A stretch of DNA of 64,000 nucleotides, from positions 62,001 through 126,000 of the forward strand of contig JBLDXI010000010.1 of NCBI GenBank assembly GCA_047495785.1, read 5' to 3'. Made by a program: the position numbers and the translations under genes. The notes under the pieces are model-generated. The model saw nothing but the letters and a program-made list of their open reading frames with translations, had not been told where the DNA came from and did no database searches. Below are positions 50,671-60,935 of this stretch, piece after piece. Source of the stretch: Lepidodermella squamata (taxonomy: Eukaryota; Animalia; Gastrotricha). Numbering within the stretch: position 1 is the stretch's first letter; every line of letters begins with the position of its first letter.

Positions 50671-51436
50671 TTAGACAGCTTCAAGTTTGGCTTTTTTCGA
50701 CCCAGAATTTTCGCACGAGCACGGAGTGAGAATTTTCGAAGCTTCGTCAAGAAAATTAAGAGCGGCATCCAAGTCGGAGCATTGAAGAGATGAGAAATTT
50801 GGATCAGACAGCTTTGATTTAATTTCGGAGAGGCGCTTTTTCAGCTCTTTCTTCTTGCTTTTATGAGGACTCGCGAAACTATTCTCTTCGTCTTCATCAT
50901 CCTCGTCGCTATCAATATCGTCCTCGTCTTCTTCATCTTCATCAGTATCAGTGTCTTCGTCGTCTTCGTAATAATAAGTTCGCGGAGTTGGCCTCGGAGC
51001 GGGTGCTTCCTCTTTCGGTTCCGGTAAAATTTTACCGTCCGCGGATATCCTGCGGCCCAATATACAAGCCAGATGAATGTGTTTACACATTATGACATGG
51101 TCTTCGTAATCAGGGCAAGTGCATGTGCCGAGATGGTAGCAAAAAGAGCATCTGTCACAACGGTCCCCGCAATGGCAATCAGCGTCCTCCGGGCTCGTGT
51201 TCAAATTAACTTTGTACCAACTCAAGCCATCAGACGAGCGAACCTTGTATCGCGCCGCCGTTTCCGACTTGCTTACGAGCTGGATTGCTGAGAATATCAT
51301 ATCGTCTAGAAGGGGAGCCATGATCACGGCCTGAGCGAAATATATGAGTGGAAAATCTTGAAATATAACCAAATATTCGAACCTTCCAGTGCCTGTCTTC
51401 GACATCGCTGGGCCTTCTACGGCGCCTCCCGGGCAT
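50671..51436 (-). CDS. SWIM zinc-finger protein 1 (resembles a Mutator transposase C-terminus) with acidic tract
   Basis: Exon 51436-51383 (MPGRRRRRPSDVEDRHWK), 52-nt intron, exon 51330-50671; YKVRS..WYKV..C..C..CYHLGTCTCPDY...CKHIH. Confidence 0.85.
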
Positions 51437-51619
51437 TCAATTCAAGTTATCCACTAAGTAAACAACAAACTTGATTGAGATTTCGACACAAGCTTGATCT
51501 TAATTTGGCTCAATTCAACGAAGAAAATTGAAAAGTTGGGTTAAAATGTTGTGAAACAACAATGAGATTAAAATTGAGCATGAAATTAGTCAGTTTAAGA
51601 TTCAGTCATTCCGAGCAAT

Positions 51620-52356
51620 TCAAGCAGCCTCAATCTTAGCTCTTTTCGGACGAGAACGTTCGCAAGAACAGGGGATGAGAGCTTTAGATGCCTCACGAAG
51701 ATGAGTTAAAGCCAACTCCACGTCTGAGATTTGAAGTTTCGGGTCAACGAGTTTGGCCTTAATTTCAGCGAGGCTTTTCTTGATTTCACTCTTCTTCGAG
51801 TCAATCGAATTTTCCTGGCCTTCTTGATCATCGCCGTTGTCATCGTCACCATCGTCGTCATCATCACTATCAGCCTCAGAATTTGAGTCGGCACTAGCAT
51901 TGTTAGATTTCACCCGACCATTGGATGAAAGCTTGTGACCCAGAATGTTAGCGAGGTGCATGTGTTTGCACATCATGCCATGATCCGTGTAATCGGGACA
52001 GGTGCAACTGCCAAGATGGCAGCAGCTTGAACACTCCTGACACAGATCTTCGCAAAACAAGTAGTCGGGAATGCATTCGTTCTCTGTTGCCTCGGGGCAG
52101 AGGTTCAACCATACGTCATACCACGACGAACCATCAGAGGAGCAGACTTTATAGCTAGCTTCTTCGTCTGATTTTCTAACAAGTTTAATAACCGAAGCGA
52201 TGTCTTTGTCGTTTTTAGGAGCCATGTGCATGGCCTAAACATAGATATCTCATATGTCGTGGCCCAAGCATGGCAAAAAAAATAGAAACAGACCTTGATG
52301 TGCCGGCCATACATGTCATCAGCGCGCCGGTTAGAACGTCGACGTCTCCAAGACAT
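51620..52356 (-). CDS. SWIM zinc-finger protein 2, tandem paralogue
   Basis: Exon 52356-52294 (MSWRRRR..RHIK), 59-nt intron at the same position as in paralogue 1, exon 52234-51620; CCHLGSCTCPDY...CKHMH; homologous 3' flank. Confidence 0.85.
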
Positions 52357-55236
52357 TAATTAAAGGTACAAGAGGAAGAAAAACTAAAAAAATACACCAA
52401 GCCTGACGTGTGATGGTGCTAATGTCAATTGATGAACGGAAAGGCAATCAGCGGAATTCGAAATATTCTAAGAGCTTCAAAGGAATCGTAAAGCGTAAAG
52501 GTTCTCCTTATTCTTCATTATGAATGTAATAAGTTTGCCCCATTAGATTGATAGAAAAAATGTGCACGTGATGGAGAAAACCTCATCTACCTAATCAAAC
52601 ATCGAACAAATAACCTACCAACAGGCCCAAGCCTCATAAAATAAAAAAAGTAAGACCATATCACGAGTCTCTCGCGCATTAAGATATAAAATGTTCATCA
52701 TTCCGGAATCACTGAAATTTCATAGATGATTCGAGGCATTAAACTATCAAAACCTATCGAAATAAGATGCGTCTGGATCAGACGATTACAAATAATAATG
52801 AAACTCGTTTTTATTGTGAGAAATGAAAATTGCCCTACTCTCAAAAGATTGAAATTGTAAGGCGCACTCAATTATAAAAATAAAGATTGAAATATTATCG
52901 TGTAAATATTCAATCATGCATAAATGTCATAAGGGGTGATCGCCTTACTCTCATCCTGTAAACCTAATCCTTACAATTAATGAAAATGTCTCAGAAATTA
53001 CGACAGGCAGCTATAAGTTCGAACGCTTTTCCAAAAAAGAAGAACGATGATCGAGAATTGTCAAATATCAACCCACGGGAAGCTCGAATATGACACGACA
53101 CGCTGAAAACAGAATAACGCAGATCCGCGAAGTCTCCTATGAATTGCGGACCACCGCCCACCGCAGAAAAGATTAGACCATTGGAAAGGCGTAAAAACCA
53201 GCAGAAAGAAGCCGCAGGCGTAGAGGGAACCCGCAGATGCTTTAGATTCCGAATTCATATACATCCGCCTCCAGCTCGATCAAAAAACGACGATCTTAGC
53301 AGATTTTACGATCGATAAATTCATTTCAAAGGCTCCCGATCATTCCCCTACAAACACACCGCGATAGGTTCAAATTCAACTTGAGTGAAGAGTGTACTGC
53401 ACAATGCACAAGACGTCAAGCGCGGTCCTTCCCTTCAGCAAACGACGCGGAATCCGTCACGAAAAAACAGCGGGAAACCGCTCATCGAAAAATTCGCGGT
53501 GGTGGAGGATTGAAGGTTAATGCTTAAATCAGTAAAATGTTATTTTAAATAAAAAATTGATACAAAAGCATGCATTTTTCTGCAAAAATCGATTATTATG
53601 AAAAATTTGTGACTTTGCTTTGCCGCATGTTTTCAGTGAGCAAAAATCTCACCCCGGGCAGGTTTTTCTGCGTTCGATTTTCTTGATTTTACTATTGTGG
53701 TCCACGGGCTGACTCCGGAGTCATTTGGACTCATTCGAGCATTTTGACTCCTGTCTGACTCCGATACCAATCCAAATATGAAACCATTCCGCAACGAGTC
53801 ACAAACTTGGCCAAAACTTACTTAGGGTCTGAATTTGACTCCAAAACGAACTGTCTTTGACTCCACACTGCTTATTTATCATGGCCTAAGTCCTGGTCAA
53901 ACAAATCGGAGAAGTATCGTTAACCGCTTTGAACTTGGCAGCGTGTTTTCATCAGCACCAACTTCCACTTATCCGAGAAGTCTCATCATTTGTTATGGAT
54001 TGTTATAGACCAATACTAGTTGATAGAAACAAAAATTACATTTGCATCACCTTCCGTTGGCGTGCTGCCAACTTTTGCTGCTAAGTTCAGCTTTTACCAT
54101 GTAAAATGGGTGCATCGATTTGGGACCCCATTTGTTATATCTGACAGCAACACATAACAAACGTGAGAATTTGTTATATAACGTAACAAATGACGCTGAT
54201 TGCGATGGTGATTTTTATTTTACCATCAGCATCACCTGGACAGGTGTGGATCGAAAAAACCAAGTATGGTGGCTTACCTGAGCAGGTAGGGTGCGTCCCA
54301 TGACCTCGAGATACATTTTTTCGGATTCTCCGTGGTAAATTACCATGTTTCACAAAGTATTGCGAACTTTCGATTCATATAACTCGAGAAATAAAAGCGA
54401 GTTTAACTAAAGTTGCAATTTCAATGTCGATTATGGCAGTTTGCAATGAAAATTACTTGCTTGGCAGCGGAAGCTTAGATTATGTTACATTAACTTCACA
54501 TTTTAATGAGTGCACTAGGGTAAAAAATGATGCAGAAATTAACATCTCTATTGTCTAACGAATATAATTGACGGCTTGGCGGTTAATTGACCACGTGATA
54601 CGTAGCTGGCTATTCAAATTTAAAATGGGTCTGAATTGAATTAGATTACGATATTTTTTTAACTGACATGCAGCGCTACGTAACACATGTGGAATTTTAA
54701 TTCTAGAAGATAAAAAGTAGCCCTGAAAACGTTGGTGATGTTGATTTTATTATTACCTATAATATTTTATTCTGTTAATATGACCTTTTCGTGCGAGAAA
54801 GTCAATAATATTCGTTACCTTCTTTGAGGAATCATTGTTTAATTTGTTTATTGATACTCTTAAATTTTGGAATACTTAAGACCAGCAAGTGCTATGGTTT
54901 ATTCTGATACGAAAATTAATTTCTATTTCAAAGATGTATGCTGTATGCCTATATAATAAAAACGAAACACGAAAATATAACGCTCTCGATATCGATTGAT
55001 TTTCCAACGGAAAAATAATTTGAAATTTTCCCGCCAAAAACTATTTTACCGCCAAATATTCCCGCCAAAACCCTAGTCAAAATTTGAATTTTCCAAAATT
55101 CCAACGGTCACTCGCGTCATCTAACGGTCACTCCTATTTTTGAATTTTATGTCACCTCGTACTGTCACTTGCATCGAAATGTAATGAAGTGTCATGGTAA
55201 TAAAAACGAAACACGAAAATATAACGCTCTATTTAT

Positions 55237-55539
55237 TTACACTCGAAATAATGGTAAACAGGAATTATTCGGAATCAATATCAGAAAAGAGCAGAGGCGA
55301 AGGATGTGGTTGTGGTGGTGGAGTAACCGTCTCGTCGCACGAATAGTGATTAGGATCGTAGATAGACATAGCATTGCCATTATTTCGTCACAGCGTAGTA
55401 GCAAATCTTGGCCGCGGCAGGTTAGGTTGCGACGAATGAGAGGCTCAGGCTGATCCATTAGGGTCATGAGCTCCTCACATTGCAGTTGTAAGTCTTGAAC
55501 GCGATGAATAACGTCCCGAAGTAAAAGTTGATCCGACAT
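55237..55539 (-). CDS. Small hypothetical ORF of the Polinton-like element
   Basis: 100-aa ORF with an internal repeat (QDLQLQCEELM / QDLLLRCDEIM); AATAAA follows the stop. Confidence 0.45.
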   Translation of the reverse strand: MSDQLLLRDVIHRVQDLQLQCEELMTLMDQPEPLIRRNLTCRGQDLLLRCDEIMAMLCLSTILITIRATRRLLHHHNHILRLCSFLILIPNNSCLPLFRV

Positions 55540-55605
55540 TAATGATTAAAATGCAAGTGAAAATGAAACGAAAACCGCGTAAATGAATCGGCGAGATCGA
55601 CCTGC

Positions 55606-56427
55606 TCAGTAATAATGAGGCATGCGATGCCAAGCAAGGTCTGGCGGTAGATGAAGATCAGACTCGCGAGTTCGGGGAATCACTCGGTAATTTGAAGATT
55701 CACCAACTGGAGGTGGGTGAGGCGGAGACCAAGCGGCGACCTTTCTGGCTAGATCGGTCTTCTTGAAGGCGTCTAGGGGAACACCCGCTCGAGAAATGAG
55801 CTCAACAACAGAATTGTAATGAAGCTTGGCATCCGGAGAATGAGAACTGGGTGATTTCGCCACAACTTCGATCATGGAAGTCAAAGGAATGTTGACCAAT
55901 TCGTTGCCATCGCGAATCAACGTGATAGAGGACCCATCCGGAGTCAAAGTATACGTGCCTGTAGACGGCTGAGATTGTAGATAAGATAGAACTGACACAG
56001 CTCTATGGAGCTGAGAATCCTTCAAATTGGAAAACCGAGATGTTACAAATGATTTAACATCGAAAGGTTCCACGACAGGAGACGGATCCGCAGGCGCAGG
56101 CGTAGTCGCAGGGGGAGCGGGAGCTACGGGGGCAGGCTTGGGAACCTCGGCAGTCAAAGCCGGCTTGATAAAACGCACGTAGTTTTGCTTCAGCCTCTCG
56201 AGCTCGCCAAATACATGATTTTAGTCTCGAGCAGTCTGGGAATGAACATCCGGCTGATTCAACATCTCAGTCATCTGACCTTCGAGCTCCTCAACCTTGT
56301 CGTAAAACGGGCCATCAAACAGCTTCTGCTTGGTGACAGCACGACGTTGCAGAGAGGAAGCTGCGGTCTTTGTCGAAACAGGTGTATCTTGCATGAGCAC
56401 GAGCTTGCGGCTAAACTTTTCAACCAT
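55606..56427 (-). pseudogene. Polinton/Maverick-type hypothetical protein interrupted by one in-frame TAA
   Basis: The two track ORFs share a frame and are separated only by TAA at 56221-56223; MVEKFSRKLVL..LEGQMTEML..AVSVLSYL..GVP pattern recalled from Maverick accessory ORFs. Confidence 0.5.
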
Positions 56428-56634
56428 CACGTTTACGGAGCGACAGAATACCGTCAATAACCGAAGGTAGGATGCTACCAGCAGCTGAAATAAGGAGAGG
56501 AATAAGCGGACCGTTTCCGTGCTGAATAAGAACGGATCGACTACTCTCGGGCGTCTTGACCTTGGAAACGCGGTCAATGGTAATCCCTAATTTTCAGTTA
56601 AAAAGTTTCATTTTTACTCTTAAATAACGAGTTC

Positions 56635-56859
56635 CTACCATGGATGGAAAGAGTTTCGCAATTTCTCTACCAAACCTTCGAATTGCGAATTAATTTTCGA
56701 TAAAAGTTCCAGTATTTCCAAGCCGCTTTCATCATCCTCATCGGCGTCGTCTTCAAATCCAAACCCTATCTGATCTGAAGGATCGATCGCTTGCGAGGAA
56801 TATTTGAAAACGTCCATCTTGAATCGCGGAGAATAGCAGAAAAACCCGTGAAAATCCAT
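56635..56859 (-). CDS. Small acidic hypothetical ORF of the element
   Basis: EDDADEDDES followed by an amphipathic helix-like segment. Confidence 0.35.
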   Translation of the reverse strand: MDFHGFFCYSPRFKMDVFKYSSQAIDPSDQIGFGFEDDADEDDESGLEILELLSKINSQFEGLVEKLRNSFHPW

Positions 56860-57758
56860 TTTTCACTAATGAAGATGGAAAATAGTTGTCCGATTTTCAC
56901 GAATAATGATAATAAATTGGGTTCGGCTAAAAACTCATAGGGATATAATGCTCATTTGAAATCTGTCAAGTTTCATTCCTCGAGAACGTTAGCTTATTTA
57001 AATGACTTTTCAACGGTTTACTCGTTTCCGAATGATGTCTCCAAATTCATATTTTTATTGCTTATTTAGCAACTGTTTCTGAATTTTTATTGTTGATCAG
57101 CACGCGTTGTAATAAAAAGCGACCCGATTTCAAGTGTTTCTCAATTTTTATTACAATATCCGCACATTAAATCGCGTACAATCGGGTTGCTTGAAAACTT
57201 TTATTACTTAACGGCGCACCATATTGACACATGTCATCGGGCAGCGTCTAAGAAAAAAAAATACAATGAATTTTGATTGATTTATGTCTTTAAGAACTTA
57301 CACTTTTCCGGATCCTGTTCCATATATGATCTGAATGAATGAAATGGAAATTTAGCTATTTTGAATTAAATGTAGTCATGAAAAATCATACCTGAGGATC
57401 CCATCGATTTCCAGTGTGTGTAAAACGGTCTATTTCTAATTTCTATGAATAACTTCGTTCGAGCAAACTGCGGCGGAATGTGATGATTCCGTCAACATTA
57501 AAGGCATTGGCGAAACAGTACAACGATGAACTTGAATTGTGGATAACTGCTCCAGATTAGAATTGAATCCCCAGAGTTTCATTGCGAAATCTTAATTTTT
57601 ATTACAGCAGTTCTTCTTTCCATAGCATCGGAACAGCCTAAGATCATAGACGCTAAATTTAAGAATAAATGTACGCAGTTTCAATGGCATGCTACTACTA
57701 CATAGTAGCATGGACGTAGGCTATTAACATTCAGTCGAGTGTGTGTCGCGTCCAATTT

Positions 57759-58155
57759 TTATTTCTCATATAGTATCGCATATAATATAGTTTCAAGCTG
57801 CGTCAGAGGTGTAGTTAAATCTTTAATGCCAGTCACTATTATCCACCCCGACGAAAATACATTCACGCATGTTGAACCATTGGTCACATTTTTACACCGC
57901 AGTGCCGGAAATCTAGTATTATCATATTCGTCAGTTTCCTAACTCCGACAAATTAATTATTTTCGTAAATACCTCAATTTTAGCATTACAAATTAAATAA
58001 ACATTAATTTTTCGACTTTCCGCATCGGAAAAAAATATGTTTTTATTGAGCGAAGAAAGGTCGTCTTCGGGCGCTAACGCGGAAAATCTTTCCAAAGCCT
58101 GTAGAGCGCCCGGTTTTGGAAAGAAATATCCACTTCCCGCCAAAAAAGGTCGCAT
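57759..58155 (-). pseudogene. TBP-like pseudogene 2 (single TBP repeat, frameshifted)
   Basis: ..KIINLSELG, a 1-nt shift near 57935, then EYDNTRFPALRCK...CVNVFSSGWIIVTGIK, matching TBP YEPELFPGL...LIFVSGKVVLTGAK. Confidence 0.65.
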
Positions 58156-58159
58156 TATT

Positions 58160-59200
58160 TCCTATTTTTTTTAATTCAATTTTTGGAAGTTGAAATCATA
58201 AGCAAAACTTTTACAAATTTTTAAAATAAAATTTTCACTCCTCGCTTTGTAAAACGCTAGGAAAGTTTGAGAAAATAGCGAATATTACTCGCGCACAGAG
58301 TTTGGCAACACGAGCTATTAAGGCCTCAGTTATGTTTATTCCAGTTGGCATCTTTCCCGCAAGAGTACTGTTTACCAGGCGAATCTTAGATACCTTTATG
58401 GCAGTGTTGTCTTGCCGCTGTAGTTTCCTTGCCAGTTTTCGCCCATAAATTTTTGCCAGTTCAGGATTCTTCGTAAAAAGCACTACTTTCCCGTTTTTAA
58501 ATAGCAAAGCGTTGAAGTGCGGCTCTTTAATGACGAGAGCATTTGGAAACTTTTGTTTAAGCTCAACCTAATCGATTACTGTTCATCCGTATATTCGCCA
58601 TACTTGCTAACTGTCATAGAATCACTAGAAAAATTACAATTTAATTTTCTCAAAAGAGCCTTTAATATACCTCGCTACTCCCATATTACGTATGAATGTT
58701 TATTGAAACGTAGTGGAATGGACTCCTTGGAAAAGCGTCGCTTTAAAAATGATTTGAAATTAACTTATAAGCTGTATCACCACTTCTATGATGTCACTTT
58801 TGACGACTTCTATGAATTTTCTAAATCAAATTACGCTAGCAAACACCGGCTAAGACCTTCTAAGTGTAAACGCGATTGCAAAAAATATTTTTTTAACAGA
58901 AGAACAATTAATTATTGGAACAAACTACCTGCTGACGTCGTTTCTGCCTCTCTAAATGTTTTTAAACAATATCTTAATGTTGACTGTAACCTAGAGAAAT
59001 ATCTTTTATCCTCAGTGAGGCGCCTGGCTGGCTAATTGCATACGCATGAAAAGTGCACTTGCGACAACAAATAAATAAATAAATAAATAACCATTTTGAA
59101 GAGGTGAATAATTTTCCGCAGATCAAAATGTACCCCCAGCGGGTTAGCGGTTCCAGAGTGTGGAAACAACATTTTGCACAGTAACATCAATTTCAAGCAT
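58160..59200 (-). pseudogene. TATA-binding-protein-like pseudogene 1, split by a LINE insertion
   Basis: MLEIDVTVQNVVSTL, frameshift, LGVHFDLRKII, [LINE], KQKFPNALVIKEPHFNALLFKNGKVVLF..GRKLARKLQ..IRLVN; collinear with the TBP core. Confidence 0.8.
58569..59088 (+). mobile_element. 5'-truncated CR1/L2-type LINE 3' end
   Basis: IDYCSSVYSPY, LEKLQ..F.KR, LEKRR..DL...YK and FFNRRTINYWNKLP motifs of the ORF2 C-terminus; (AAAT)n tail; AACC on both flanks. Confidence 0.9.
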
Positions 59201-60383
59201 TTATTTAATATTCCAAGAAAAATGAGAAAATGAGGTAACATGACGAATTTACTTGCTTTTTATTACATTCTACCTGTTACGATTTCTCTGCATATACATT
59301 GTATAAATGGTGCCGAGATGCAACGCTCAGTTTTCAAACAAATTTTTTGGCGAAATCTTACAAAATTTATATCAACTGTACAATACCTTGTCATATTCTT
59401 ACGCATCATTTTACTTGGCAACTTTACTTATCCTGAAATGGCTAATCCTCAAATAGCTGAAATTTTCTTTCAACTATTTGTAAACCTGTACGTATTTAAT
59501 GTCAAAAAATTCAACATACCTTATATTTTTCTTTCTTCAGCTACGACGAGGCAGGTCAAATGTATGATCACTTGCAGAACTCAGTAGCCAGCTACAACAC
59601 TATCATCCAGATATTATGGGACATTCACGGATTACTCGTACCTCATCCTCCTCCACAGCCCCCTAGTCCTCCTGTGGAGGAGGAAAATGCCAACTGGTGA
59701 CCTGTATATAAAAAAAATAATCAACATTATTACAATATTATTAAACATTATATTAACCTTTGTATTTCAAAATCGCTATCGAAATCTAATCGAAGTAAAT
59801 GTAAAGATTGCACTCCATGGCTTTTCTCAATCCAAGGATACAAATAGAAAAATGCAGTCGAGTTTTACTAACTTTTGTATGCTGAAATGTCTTTCATTAC
59901 CAGAGCGGAATCTACACATATGACGAAAAGGTTGACTCCGCATTTATTATCATAGCAAGTTGCCGTTATGTCAAGCTGACATTTTAAGAATATTCGCAGC
60001 TGACCGTTGGCGAGACATAAAAGCTTGGCTTGGTCTCGTAAAACGTGACAATTCCAGAGGGTACTTTCACTCTTGCAAGATGACTCATGCATTGGTTACT
60101 TTTGCGTCACATGCCCATTACATTTTAGAAGTTAGAATTTATGCCGGAAGAGTCAAGGTCATATTTTGGTATTTTTGCGCTGAAATAATGGTTGGCGGGA
60201 AAGTTTCAATTTTCCTTTTCAAAAACTAGCGAGTGACCGTTGGAATTTTGGAAAATTCAAATTTTGACTAGGGTTTTGGCGGGAATATTGTGTGTGTGTC
60301 AAGGTCATAATTTGGCGGTAAAATAGCTTTTGGCGGGAAAATTTCAAATTATTTTTCCGTTGGAAAAATCAATCGATATCGAC

Positions 60384-60935
60384 TAGGGTTAGGGATTATC
60401 GATTAGGGTTAGTGTTAATGATTATGGTTAAGCCCTAGGAATAGTGTTAAGGATTAGGGTTAAGCCCTAGGAATAGTGTTAAGGATTAGGGTTAGGGTTA
60501 CGCCTATTTACGCCTACCTGAACTATAAATTTAGCTTCTCCAGGCGCGTGCGTGCTGCGTGGAACCGTCTGCCGTCTTGCGTGGTTAACAACTCTCACAG
60601 TGCTTTTTGCAAACATATAAAATTTAATTCGCCTTCATTGGTAAACTACGTGACTTCTGTGGTGAGGCGCCAAGAAACAACTTTCTGCTAAACTAAACCT
60701 AACTATTTGCTAACTGTTGATAAACAATTTGCAATAAAAATGAGAATGAGAGAATGAGAATTTTGGCGGGAAATTAATTCAAAATCAATCAATATCGGTT
60801 ATCGGCTAGGGATTATCGATTAGGGTTAGGGTTAAGGATTAGGGTTAAGCCCTAGGGTTAGGGTTAGGGTTAAGCCCTAGGCCTAGGGTTAGGGTTAAGG
60901 AATCCTGTTAGGGTTAGGGTTAGGGTTAGGGTTAG
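60384..60935 (+). repeat. Interstitial TTAGGG and variant repeats within the element's right terminal region
   Basis: (TTAGGG)n runs interspersed with TTAAGCCCTAGG and TTAAGGA variants. Confidence 0.9.
60499..60760 (+). mobile_element. Short CR1/L2-type LINE 3' fragment inserted in the TTAGGG tract
   Basis: FSFSRRVRAAWNRLP motif; GTGAGGCGCC shared with the other LINE 3' end; AATAAA plus (AATGAG)n tail. Confidence 0.75.

Noticed and set aside
52980-53520. Possible decayed ORF upstream of the SWIM genes
   Set aside because: Multiple stops on the + strand and no identifiable family
60384-60935. True chromosome end (telomere)
   Set aside because: The repeats are short, degenerate and interrupted, and are followed by an element terminus and an intact cathepsin L gene
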